DNA of 64,000 nucleotides from Opitutia bacterium (GTDB lineage: Bacteria > Verrucomicrobiota > Verrucomicrobiia > Opitutales > Opitutaceae), in assembly GCA_947478395.1 (NCBI GenBank), contig CANJVR010000001.1, positions 256,001 to 320,000 on the forward strand. The letters are read 5' to 3'. The notes under the pieces were generated by a model, which did no database searches, was not told the origin of the DNA, and saw nothing but the letters and a program-made list of their open reading frames with translations. The translations under genes were made by a program, and so were the position numbers. Numbering within the stretch: position 1 is the stretch's first letter; each line of letters begins with the position of its first letter. Below, in pieces: positions 39,454 through 48,485 of the stretch.

Positions 39454-40398
39454 GTGCCGCGTCCACACCTCTATTTGCTCGCCGCACTGGTCGCCGCCTT
39501 TGGCTTTTCCCATTTTTCCGACCACGTCGATCCGTACCACCTGGACGTGCTCACGGGCGTCGGAATCAATGTCATTCTCGCGGTTTCGCTCAATCTAGTT
39601 AACGGCTACACGGGCCAGTTTTCACTCGGGCACGCCGGCTTCATGTCGGTCGGCGCCTACCTCGCCGCCGCCGTTTCCGTTTTTCTCGGCCCCAAACTCC
39701 TCGGCCCTCAAGGCGGCTCCGCCCTCGCGCAAAACACGCTGTTCCTTGGCGCCTTGATCGCGGGTGGACTCAGCGCTGCGTTCACCGGCCTGCTTGTGGG
39801 CGTGCCTTCGCTCCGGCTCAAGGGCGACTACCTCGCCCTCGTCACCCTTGGCTTCGGCGAAATTATCCGCGTCGTCTTTCAAAATTTTGAGCCCCTTGGC
39901 GGCGCGCTCGGCCTCAATGGCATCCCCGCTTATACGTCCATTTTCTGGGTTCTAGCGTTCGCAGCTCTCGCCATTTTCGTCGTGCTCTGTCTCGTGCACT
40001 CGACCTATGGACGCGGGTTCATCGCGACCCACGACGACGAGATCGCATCCGAGGCCGTCGGCCTCGATACCACCCGCTACAAAATCGTCGCCTTTGTCAT
40101 CGGCGCTTTTTTCGCCGGAATCGCCGGCGGTCTTTACGGTCACTTCAAACTCACCATCACCCCGACCGGTTTTGATTTCACCAAAAGCATCGAGATCGTC
40201 GTCATGGTTATTCTCGGGGGGATGGGCAATACCGTGGGCGTCATCCTCGCCGCCATTCTGCTCACGCTGCTGCCTGAACTGCTCCGGCCAATCGCCGAAT
40301 ATCGCATGGTCATTTATTCCCTGCTCCTGATCGGCCTGATGCTGATCCGCCCGCAGGGTCTCTTTAATTTCCGTCCGCTTTCGGCCAAAAAAACCTAG
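39454..40398 (+). CDS. livM: Branched-chain amino acid ABC permease
   Basis: LNLVNGYTGQFSLGHAGF, LRLKGDYLALVTLGFGEI and MVILGGMG motifs. Confidence 0.93.
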   Translation: MPRPHLYLLAALVAAFGFSHFSDHVDPYHLDVLTGVGINVILAVSLNLVNGYTGQFSLGHAGFMSVGAYLAAAVSVFLGPKLLGPQGGSALAQNTLFLGALIAGGLSAAFTGLLVGVPSLRLKGDYLALVTLGFGEIIRVVFQNFEPLGGALGLNGIPAYTSIFWVLAFAALAIFVVLCLVHSTYGRGFIATHDDEIASEAVGLDTTRYKIVAFVIGAFFAGIAGGLYGHFKLTITPTGFDFTKSIEIVVMVILGGMGNTVGVILAAILLTLLPELLRPIAEYRMVIYSLLLIGLMLIRPQGLFNFRPLSAKKT

Positions 40399-40402
40399 CG
40401 CC

Positions 40403-40594
40403 GTGAATTTCCCCGAAGAAAAAATGCGATGGCAAAGATCGCCGTCGCCGTGGATGGATTTCGGCGCGTATTTTTTTGGGCCGCTCGTCGCTACGGCCAT
40501 CGTCGCGCCCTATTTTCGGGCGCAGCTTGAGCCGCTCGCCTTTGCCGGCGGCCAGGGGATTCCCGCCGCCTTCGCACTGGTCAACCCGCCATGA
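40403..40594 (+). CDS. Possible small membrane protein or gene remnant (63 aa)
   Basis: Fills the livM-livG gap and ends in an ATGA overlap with livG; one hydrophobic stretch. Confidence 0.35.
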   Translation: MNFPEEKMRWQRSPSPWMDFGAYFFGPLVATAIVAPYFRAQLEPLAFAGGQGIPAAFALVNPP

Positions 40595-41382
40595 CGCCTC
40601 CCCTCCTCCAGCTGGACCGCGCGACCCTCCGTTTCGGCGGCCTGACCGCCGTCAACGCTTTCGATTTTTCCATCCACGAAGGCGAACTCTGCGGTCTCAT
40701 TGGCCCGAACGGCGCCGGCAAAACCACGGTGTTCAATCTCATCACCGGCGTCTATCAACCCAGCGACGGCGGCATCGCTTTCGCCGGCGCGCCGCTGGCC
40801 AGTCTCGGCGTCAACCAGATCGCCGCCCTCGGCATTGCCCGCACGTTTCAAAACATCCGGCTCTTCGGCTCGCTCTCAGTTTTCGATAACGTGCGCGTCG
40901 CCTGTAACCTCCACCGCAACACCGGGCCGCTTCAAGCCCTCGTTCGCACCGCCGCGTTTCGCGACGACGAAGCAGCCATCACCCGGCGCGTCGAGGAACT
41001 CCTCGATATTTTCAACCTCCGCCGTTTCTGCGACGCGCCCGCCAAGAGCCTGCCCTACGGCGAGCAGCGCCGGCTGGAGATCGTCCGCTGTCTCGCGACG
41101 AAACCGAAGCTCCTCCTGCTCGACGAACCCGCCGCCGGCATGAATCCGGTGGAGAAAATCGAACTCGTGCGCCTGATTCAACAGGTGCAGCAACAGTTCA
41201 ATCTCTCGATTCTCCTGGTGGAGCATTCGATGAAAGTCGTCATGGGCGTCTGCCAGCGGATCGCCGTTCTCGATTACGGGGTGAAAATTGCCGAGGGCAC
41301 GCCCGCCCAAATCCAAAGCGACCGCACCGTCATCGAAGCCTACCTCGGGGAAGATCACCACAAGTCCCTCGCGCATCACTGA
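40591..41382 (+). CDS. livG: Branched-chain amino acid ABC ATP-binding protein
   Basis: FGGLTAV, GPNGAGKTT, ARTFQNIRLF, LPYGEQRRLEI, LLDEPAAG and EAYLG motifs. Confidence 0.93.
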   Translation: MTPPLLQLDRATLRFGGLTAVNAFDFSIHEGELCGLIGPNGAGKTTVFNLITGVYQPSDGGIAFAGAPLASLGVNQIAALGIARTFQNIRLFGSLSVFDNVRVACNLHRNTGPLQALVRTAAFRDDEAAITRRVEELLDIFNLRRFCDAPAKSLPYGEQRRLEIVRCLATKPKLLLLDEPAAGMNPVEKIELVRLIQQVQQQFNLSILLVEHSMKVVMGVCQRIAVLDYGVKIAEGTPAQIQSDRTVIEAYLGEDHHKSLAHH

Positions 41383-41385
41383 CCG

Positions 41386-41517
41386 GAATGCCGGATAACG
41401 AAAAACGAATGCGCCATGCCTAATGCCCACTTTCTTCGGACCCTCACCCAAGACGCGGGCTAAAGCCGCGCGCTAACTCCACCCCGTTCCTCATTGGGAA
41501 TTAGGCCTCCGTCATTT
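41386..41517. repeat. ORF-less inverted 7-bp repeat arrays (nAATGCC / GGCATTn)
   Basis: gaatgcc-ggataac-gaaaaac-gaatgcg-ccatgcc-taatgcc ... ctcattg-ggaatta-ggcctcc-gtcattt. Confidence 0.65.
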
Positions 41518-41521
41518 TTTC

Positions 41522-42229
41522 ATGCTTAGCGTCTCCGACCTCCACGTTTCCTACGGCGCGATCACCGCCCTCGGCGGCATTTCACTCGAGATCGAAGCCG
41601 GTTCGATCGTCACCCTCATCGGCGGCAATGGCGCCGGCAAGACCACCACGCTCCGCACCATCTCCGGTCTCCTGCGCCCTAAGTCCGGCACCATCACGTT
41701 TCTGGGCGAAACCATTTCCGCTTTGCCCGCCCATCAAATCGTGGCCCGCGGGCTGAGCCATGTCCCCGAGGGCCGCATGGTTTTCTCCAATCTCAGCGTC
41801 GACGAAAACCTGGCCATGGGCGCCTACCTGCTAAACGACAAAGCCCTTATCGCCAAAAATCGCGATTACGTTTTCAGCATTTTCCCCCGGCTCAAAGAAC
41901 GACTCAAGCAAAGCGCTGGCACGCTTTCCGGCGGCGAACAGCAAATGCTCGCCATCGGACGCGCCCTCATGGGCAGCCCGAAATTCCTCATGCTCGATGA
42001 ACCATCGCTCGGCATCGCACCGCGCCTCATCAGCACCATCTTCGAAAAAATCGTGGAGATAAACAAAACCCAAGGGATCACGATCCTACTCGTCGAACAG
42101 AACGCCAATCTCGCGCTCGAAATCAGCACGTCGGCCTACGTCCTCGAATGCGGCCACCTCGTGATGTCCGGTGAAAGCAAAAAACTCCGCGCCGATCCCA
42201 AGCTCAAAGCCACCTACCTCGGCGGATAG
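41522..42229 (+). CDS. livF: Branched-chain amino acid ABC ATP-binding protein
   Basis: GGNGAGKTT, HVPEGR, FPRLKER, GTLSGGEQQMLA, LDEPSLG and YLGG motifs. Confidence 0.93.
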   Translation: MLSVSDLHVSYGAITALGGISLEIEAGSIVTLIGGNGAGKTTTLRTISGLLRPKSGTITFLGETISALPAHQIVARGLSHVPEGRMVFSNLSVDENLAMGAYLLNDKALIAKNRDYVFSIFPRLKERLKQSAGTLSGGEQQMLAIGRALMGSPKFLMLDEPSLGIAPRLISTIFEKIVEINKTQGITILLVEQNANLALEISTSAYVLECGHLVMSGESKKLRADPKLKATYLGG

Positions 42230-42296
42230 CGCGCGAGACTGTCCGCGACTCGCGCCATTGTCCCGCCGCCTCCGTCCGCTACTCCCACTTTACCCA

Positions 42297-44900
42297 ATGA
42301 AGAATCACCTCCGCTTCCGTCCGTTCGTATTGTTGTTCTCCGCTTTGGCCGCGTGCCTCCCGTCACTCCCTGCGGCCGATGCTCCGTCGGCCGCCTCCGC
42401 CGCAGTGTGGCCGGCGGTCGGTCGCGAGAATAAACCTTGGACCCGCTGGTGGTGGCCCGGCAGCGCCGTCGACAAGGCGAGCCTGACCCAACAGCTCGAA
42501 AAATTTGCCGCGGCCGGACTCGGCGGCGTTGAAGTCACACCCATCTACGGCGCCAACGGCTACGAAGCCCGTTACATCGATTTTCTCTCGCCGAAGTGGA
42601 TGGAGATGCTCGAACACACCGGCAAGGAAGCCAAGCGCCTCGGCCTCGGCCTCGATATGGCCACCGGCACCGGCTGGCCCTTCGGCGGACCTTGGATCGA
42701 CGAAGCTCACGGCTCGCAAAAGATTACCCTCAAGGACGGCCAACTCTCCGCCACGCCCACCGCGATGAAGGTCAAACGCGCGGCACCGGGTGATGAAGGT
42801 CTCGTCATCGATCCATACTCCACCGCAGCGCTCAATCAGTACCTCGCGCCTTTCGACAAAGCCTTCGCTAATTTTCCACGCGACCTCGTCCGCTCCCAAT
42901 TTCACGACTCGTTCGAATACTACGAGGCCGGCTGGACACCCGAGTTGCCGCGCGTCTTCGAAAAGATGCATGGCTACGACATCCAGAAATTCGCCACCGC
43001 GATCATGGCCGCGCCGGCCGCCGCCAACGTCGACGCCGACACGCTCGGCCGCGTGAAGAGCGACTACCGTGAAACGCTCGCCCAGCTCCATCTCGATTAT
43101 CTCCACCGGTGGGTCGAGTGGTCGCATGACCACGGCTGGCTGGTGCGCAACCAATCCCACGGCGCCCCCGGCAATCTGCTCGATCTCTACGCCAACGCCG
43201 ACGTCGCCGAAACCGAAGTCTTCGGCTCCACGCCCTTCCCGATTCCCGGTCTGCGCCGCGCTGAAGATGAGGTCCGCCACGATCAGGATCTGCCCGAATC
43301 GCTCGTGATCCGCATGGCTTCTTCCGCGTCGCACGTCGCTGGGCATCCTTTCGCCTCAAGCGAAACCTGCACCTGGCTGCGCGATCACTGGAAAGTTTCC
43401 CTCGCTTACACGAAGCCCGAGATCGACCGGCTCTTCACCGACGGCATCAATCACATCTTCTATCACGGCACGGTCTTTTCGCCGTCCGATGCCCCTTGGC
43501 CCGGTTGGCTTTTCTATGCGTCGACGCAGTTTAATCCGAATAATCCGTGGTGGGACGACTTCGGCGCCCTGAACCGCTACGTCGGGCGCGTGCAATCCGT
43601 CCTCCAACGCGGCACGCCCGACAACGACATCCTGCTCTACTGGCCCTTCGCCGATGCGCTCGATGACCCCGCCCTGCAAATGAAGCAGTTCACCGTTCAC
43701 AACGTGAAGTGGCTGACCGAGGCACCCGTCGGCAAACTCGCCCGCACCTTCATCGATAAGGGCTATAGCTTCGACTACATCTCCGACGCGCAACTCACGG
43801 AAACATCCGCCAAGAGCGGCGCTCTCGTTACCAAAGGCGGCAATTACAAGGTTCTCGTCGTTCCCGCGACCCGCCGCATGCCCGTCGCCACGCTGCAACG
43901 TCTGGCCCAGCTGGCCAAGGACGGCGCCAAGGTTATCTTCGAAAAGTTGCCCGAGGACGTCCCCGGTTACGGTCGCCTTGAATCGCGCCGCGCCGAGTTC
44001 AAACAGGCGCTCGCCTCGCTCGGTAACCGCGCGTCCGTGCCCGCCGATCTTCTCGCCGCGCTCAACGCGCAGGGCGTCTCCCGCGAGCCCATCGCCGAGA
44101 CGGGGATCAATTTTATCCGCCGGGCCAATGCCGGCGGACACGATTACTTCATCACCAACCTCACGGCCAAAAAGCTCGATCAATGGGTCGCTCTCGGCAC
44201 ACCCACGTCGAGCGCCGTCATTCTCGATCCGCTCACGGGCGGCGCCGGCACGGCCGCTTTGCGCGCGGGCCAATCCGCGGGGAAGGAGATCTACCTTCAG
44301 CTCGCCCCCGGCGCGTCACTGCTCATCCGGACCAACGTCGCCGCGTCCGGCATCGATTCTTGGCCGTGGGGTCAATCCGCCGGCCCCGCCGTCGCCCTCG
44401 CTGGCTCTTGGAAAATCGACTTCATCAAAGGCGGCCCCGAACTTCCACCCGCCCTTACGACCACGGAGTTGAAATCGTGGACTGAACTCGGCGGCGCAGA
44501 AGCCAAACGCTTCGGCGGCACGGCCCGTTACCGCCTCGAATTCGCGGCGCCTGCCGGCCGGGCCGACAACTGGCTCCTCGACCTCGGCGACGTCCGCGAA
44601 GTCGCCCGCGTTCGCCTCAACGGCAAAGATATCACCACCGCGTGGAGCCTTCCCTTCCAAGTCCGCTTCGCTGGAGCCGCTCTCAAGCCCACCGGAAATA
44701 TCCTGGAGCTCGAAGTCACCAATCTCGCCGCGAACCGCATCCGCGATATGGATCAGCAAAAGGTCCCGTGGAAGATCATGCGCGAAATCAATTTCGTGGA
44801 CATCAACTACAAGCCCTTCGACGCCTCCGGCTGGAAACTCCAACCGAGCGGCCTGCTCGGGCCGATCACGCTGACCCCGCTGCAGTCGCTCAAGCTCTGA
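42297..44900 (+). CDS. Secreted glycoside hydrolase, GH106 (alpha-L-rhamnosidase)-like
   Basis: KPWTRWWWPGSAV, AGLGGVE, GTGWPFGGP, FHDSFE, RNQSHG and GINHIFYHG motifs; C-terminal LDLGDV..SGLLGP sugar-binding domain. Confidence 0.82.
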   Translation: MKNHLRFRPFVLLFSALAACLPSLPAADAPSAASAAVWPAVGRENKPWTRWWWPGSAVDKASLTQQLEKFAAAGLGGVEVTPIYGANGYEARYIDFLSPKWMEMLEHTGKEAKRLGLGLDMATGTGWPFGGPWIDEAHGSQKITLKDGQLSATPTAMKVKRAAPGDEGLVIDPYSTAALNQYLAPFDKAFANFPRDLVRSQFHDSFEYYEAGWTPELPRVFEKMHGYDIQKFATAIMAAPAAANVDADTLGRVKSDYRETLAQLHLDYLHRWVEWSHDHGWLVRNQSHGAPGNLLDLYANADVAETEVFGSTPFPIPGLRRAEDEVRHDQDLPESLVIRMASSASHVAGHPFASSETCTWLRDHWKVSLAYTKPEIDRLFTDGINHIFYHGTVFSPSDAPWPGWLFYASTQFNPNNPWWDDFGALNRYVGRVQSVLQRGTPDNDILLYWPFADALDDPALQMKQFTVHNVKWLTEAPVGKLARTFIDKGYSFDYISDAQLTETSAKSGALVTKGGNYKVLVVPATRRMPVATLQRLAQLAKDGAKVIFEKLPEDVPGYGRLESRRAEFKQALASLGNRASVPADLLAALNAQGVSREPIAETGINFIRRANAGGHDYFITNLTAKKLDQWVALGTPTSSAVILDPLTGGAGTAALRAGQSAGKEIYLQLAPGASLLIRTNVAASGIDSWPWGQSAGPAVALAGSWKIDFIKGGPELPPALTTTELKSWTELGGAEAKRFGGTARYRLEFAAPAGRADNWLLDLGDVREVARVRLNGKDITTAWSLPFQVRFAGAALKPTGNILELEVTNLAANRIRDMDQQKVPWKIMREINFVDINYKPFDASGWKLQPSGLLGPITLTPLQSLKL

Positions 44901-45059
44901 CGTTGCGGTGCGGTGCGGTCGGGCCGGAGCCGCGCGACGCCTTAAGACCAAGCTGTCGGCCCGACCGCTGGTCGGGCTCCGCCCACCTTCAAACCCAACC
45001 GACCAACGGCCGGTTCTAAAGGCTTAAGTCCTATGGCGGCAGGGTACCCTCTCCCCGCC

Positions 45060-45187
45060 GTTTTTCCGTGGCCGTTTTGCGTAGCGGCAGGCGTCCCTGC
45101 CTGCCGCGTTCGGCGTCCTCGTTTCGGCAGGCAGGGACGCCTGCCGCTACGTCGTTAGTGGCTACGCCTTTGGAAATACCGCTCTAA
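45060..45187. repeat. REP family A element, copy 4
   Basis: Perfect GTAGCGGCAGGCGTCCCTGCCTGCCG ... CGGCAGGCAGGGACGCCTGCCGCTAC pair, ending ACCGCTCTA. Confidence 0.85.
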
Positions 45188-45309
45188 AAGCTACCGGCCG
45201 TTGGGGACTGGATGCGTTTCGCGCCCATTACACAGGCTCGGGCTCCACCATGCGTAACACGGGTCGAGGTACGGCAACGTTTAGAAATTAACCCTAAACT
45301 CCTCAACGA

Positions 45310-45765
45310 ATGAACCCAAAATTCATCACACCGTCTCGCGCGATTTCCCTCACCGCTCTCCTCGCCTCCATCGCTTTCACCGGTTGCTCCAAAGCGGATC
45401 GAACCGAAGCGAGTGATGCCGCCAAAACCGCTTACAACGACACAAAGACCGCGATGTCGAATGCTTGGGACGATGTGAAATCGTTCACCTTCGACAAGAA
45501 GAGCGATTTCGAAAAGAGCGCCAAGGCGCTCTCCGCCAAAATGGAAGCGCAGATCTCAGAAGCGCGGGCGAATTACTCCGAAGCCAAGGCCAGCGCCAGC
45601 CGCAAGGCGGCCATGGAGGAACTCAAAAACTCCGAAGCAGACTACAAAGAAAAGGCGGCGGCCCTCGGTAACGCGACCGCGGCAACTTGGGACAGCGCCA
45701 AGCAAAACGTCATCGCCGCGTGGGATAAGCTCGAGGCTGCCTATCGCAAAGCTCGCGCCGATTGA
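45310..45765 (+). CDS. Hypothetical helical lipoprotein
   Basis: Lipobox FTGC; Ala/Lys-rich amphipathic helices with AW.D.K repeats. Confidence 0.8.
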   Translation: MNPKFITPSRAISLTALLASIAFTGCSKADRTEASDAAKTAYNDTKTAMSNAWDDVKSFTFDKKSDFEKSAKALSAKMEAQISEARANYSEAKASASRKAAMEELKNSEADYKEKAAALGNATAATWDSAKQNVIAAWDKLEAAYRKARAD

Positions 45766-45802
45766 TCGGCGGTTCTGAATCGTTTGTACGATTCTGATTC
45801 TG

Positions 45803-45843
45803 AAACGTAACGGCGCGGGCAATCCACGCCGTTACGTTTTTTT
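45803..45843 (+). terminator. Rho-independent terminator between convergent genes
   Basis: AAACGTAACGGCG..CGCCGTTACGTTT followed by a T run; overlaps the PAP2 stop codon. Confidence 0.7.
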
Positions 45844-46539
45844 GTGGGCCCGGCGACGCTCGAGCCACCACAGGGTCATCGCCCATAAGCCCGCCCAAAC
45901 GGTCCCGGCCGCCCAACCCCCCAGCACGTCACTCGGATAGTGCACGCCGAGATAAATTCGACTCAGTCCAATTAGAAAACTGAGCATGGCGGCCAGGCCC
46001 AAGAAAAAAAGTTTTTCGCGTCGGCGTTCGACCATTCGCGCTAGGACCGCGGCCAGAGTAAAGTAGACCACGAATGACCCCATCGAATGGCCGCTCGGGA
46101 AACTCAGTGAATTTTCCGCCATCAAGTGCGGCACCACGGTCGGCCGCTCGCGCCCGATCAAAAACTTTAGCGCCACACTCAGCAGCGCGCCGCTCCCGGT
46201 GGCAGCAAAAACAAAACCTGCGATTTCATATCTGCGGCGAAACATCAGCCACGCGAGCACGACCCCAACGAGGAGCGTGAGCACGGCCGTGCTACCCAGA
46301 GCCGTCATATCCCGCGCCGCCTCGGGGAGCCACGCCGGTCCAATTCCGACCCCCGGATCCGCCGCCGTTCGCAAGGACCGCAGGATGCGCGTTTCCAGGG
46401 GCAGATGCGCGCCCGCGGAAGCATCCGCCGCCAACACGAAAAAGCCCCAGAGCAGCAAAGAGCAAAGGGCGACACCGACCAGAATGGGTCCCTCATCAAG
46501 CCCGGCCGCGCGCCAGACCCGTTTCATTCGCGCGATCAT
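45832..46539 (-). CDS. PAP2 family membrane phosphatase
   Basis: K....RERP, SFPSGHS and SRIYLGVHYPSDVLGG motifs. Confidence 0.92.
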   Translation of the reverse strand: MIARMKRVWRAAGLDEGPILVGVALCSLLLWGFFVLAADASAGAHLPLETRILRSLRTAADPGVGIGPAWLPEAARDMTALGSTAVLTLLVGVVLAWLMFRRRYEIAGFVFAATGSGALLSVALKFLIGRERPTVVPHLMAENSLSFPSGHSMGSFVVYFTLAAVLARMVERRREKLFFLGLAAMLSFLIGLSRIYLGVHYPSDVLGGWAAGTVWAGLWAMTLWWLERRRAHKKT

Positions 46540-46677
46540 GGAACAATAGAACGCAGATCGTTGCGGCGCGCGCAATCTTCGGGCGGTGATTTTCAGCGCA
46601 AAAGCGACGCTCCACACCGCGCCTTCCACCCTGAGCTGGAGAATGGGAGCCGGTTTCTCTTCCAGTCACGCGAGGCT

Positions 46678-47940
46678 TCAGCCGAGCGTTTCACCGGACG
46701 CCTGCGCCGCCAGTGCTGCGCGATAACGATCCTTCTTGCTCGGGCGCCGGCCCTTGATGCCGCCGGTCGATGGGGCGAGCGGCGCGGGTTGCAGGCCGAA
46801 TTCATCGGGCTCAAAACCTTCGATCCGTTCCCGCGGCAGCGAAAATTTGTTTCGCTTCTCAATCAGTTGAAAATGCGCGTGCGTCTCCGCGCTGATAAAA
46901 TTCACCGCGACGCCGGGCTCACCGGCACGGCCCGTGCGACCGATGCGATGCGTGTAATCCGCCGCCGAGCGCGGCAGGTCGAAATTTACCACGACCGGCA
47001 GACTTGCGATATCGAGGCCGCGCGCCGCGAGGTCCGTCGCCACCAAAACCTGTAATTCCGATCGTTTGAAATCAGCGAGCGTCTGTGTGCGCGCGCCCTG
47101 ACTCAGTTCGCCGTGCAACGCCGCCGCCTTCAGTCCGGCCCGGCGTAATTTATCGGCCACGTGTTCCGTCGCATATTTCGTCGCGACAAAAACCAGGACC
47201 CGCGTCCAGACGCGCGTTTCAATCAAGTGCCGGAGAAGTTGGGTGCGACGCGGCGCGTCTACTTCGATGGCGTGCTGCTCGATGTCGGCCGGCGATTCAG
47301 TCTGATCGGTAACGGCCATTCGCACCGGCTCGCGCAACAACTCCTGCGCGAGCGTCTCGACCGCCGGCGGAAACGTCGCGGAAAACAACAGCGTTTGTCG
47401 CGCCGCCGGCAAAAGCGCCACGATCCGCGCCAGCTCAGCGGCGAAACCCAGCGCCAGCAAACGATCCGCTTCGTCGAGCACGAGCGTCGCCACCGCTGCG
47501 AGCGAGACCGCGTGATGTTCAACGAGGTCGAGGAGACGTCCGGGCGTCGCAACGATGATATCTGCGCCGCCACCCAGCGCCATCATCTGCGGGTTGATCG
47601 ATACGCCGCCGTAAACGACGAGCGTCTTGATCGGCTCCGGGAGAAACCGACCGTAACGGCAGATCGACTCGCCAATCTGCGCCGCGAGTTCACGCGTGGG
47701 CACGAGAATTAGCGCCCGCACAAAGCGTCCCGGCTCGCGACGACTCAGAGCAAGCCGTTGCAAAAGCGGCAGGGCAAACGCGGCGGTTTTACCCGAGCCA
47801 GTCTGGGCCGACGCCCAAACGTCCGCTCCGCGCAATACCGCCGGAATCGCCGCGACCTGAATGGGCGTGGGCACGGTGTACCCTTTTTCAGCGATGGCCC
47901 GCAGGAGCGGCACGGAAAGTTTCAGCGAAGTGAACGACAT
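46678..47940 (-). CDS. DEAD-box RNA helicase (RhlE-like)
   Basis: PTPIQ, AQTGSGKT, PTRELA, DEAD, SAT, ARGLD and HRIGRTGRAG motifs. Confidence 0.95.
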   Translation of the reverse strand: MSFTSLKLSVPLLRAIAEKGYTVPTPIQVAAIPAVLRGADVWASAQTGSGKTAAFALPLLQRLALSRREPGRFVRALILVPTRELAAQIGESICRYGRFLPEPIKTLVVYGGVSINPQMMALGGGADIIVATPGRLLDLVEHHAVSLAAVATLVLDEADRLLALGFAAELARIVALLPAARQTLLFSATFPPAVETLAQELLREPVRMAVTDQTESPADIEQHAIEVDAPRRTQLLRHLIETRVWTRVLVFVATKYATEHVADKLRRAGLKAAALHGELSQGARTQTLADFKRSELQVLVATDLAARGLDIASLPVVVNFDLPRSAADYTHRIGRTGRAGEPGVAVNFISAETHAHFQLIEKRNKFSLPRERIEGFEPDEFGLQPAPLAPSTGGIKGRRPSKKDRYRAALAAQASGETLG

Positions 47941-48005
47941 GTGAGGAGAAGCCCGCGGACCCAACGAGCGCAGTCGTGGATTCCCGGAAAAGTCCCTGAG
48001 GATAA

Positions 48006-48242
48006 TTACACTAGGCTCACCACGATCGTATAGAGCCCGACCGTAACGCGATCGCCGACGGCGAGCTGCTTGCGCTTGCGGGTTTCAATGGCGCCGTTCA
48101 GCCGCACGCCCCGCTCGGCGATCAACTGTTTCGCCTGGCCGCCGCTCTCCGCGAGCCCGCTGAATTTAATGAACGCGCACAGCTCGATCGGCACCTCGCG
48201 CACGACCACGACACGCGTGGTCGGAGAGCTCTTGGTAATCAT
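48006..48242 (-). CDS. RNA-binding S4 domain protein (YbcJ/YaaA-like)
   Basis: IELCAFIKFSGLAESGGQAK..I...V.LNG..ETRKRKQL..GD. Confidence 0.9.
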   Translation of the reverse strand: MITKSSPTTRVVVVREVPIELCAFIKFSGLAESGGQAKQLIAERGVRLNGAIETRKRKQLAVGDRVTVGLYTIVVSLV

Positions 48243-48324
48243 GACGACACCCCAGCGCCTCCTTAAAAACGTGTCGAACTTTCTGTGCGGGACGCCAACT
48301 GCACCGCGGCACGCGAGTGGAGCG

Positions 48325-48348
48325 GATGTCACCTATTAAGTGACATTC
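48325..48348. repeat. Palindrome GATGTCACCTATTAAGTGACATTC, copy 2
   Basis: Reverse complement of the motif at 16696-16720. Confidence 0.7.
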
Positions 48349-48485
48349 AAAACGGGGTGAGATAGGCCCACCCCGCCCCATCCGTCCGCCTCTCCACGAG
48401 GGGATTTTTGCTCTGCGACACCTCCCACAAGGAGGCGAACCAAAGCAGCGGAGCATCGCTGCTTTGGGAATTCCAGATCGTTCGT

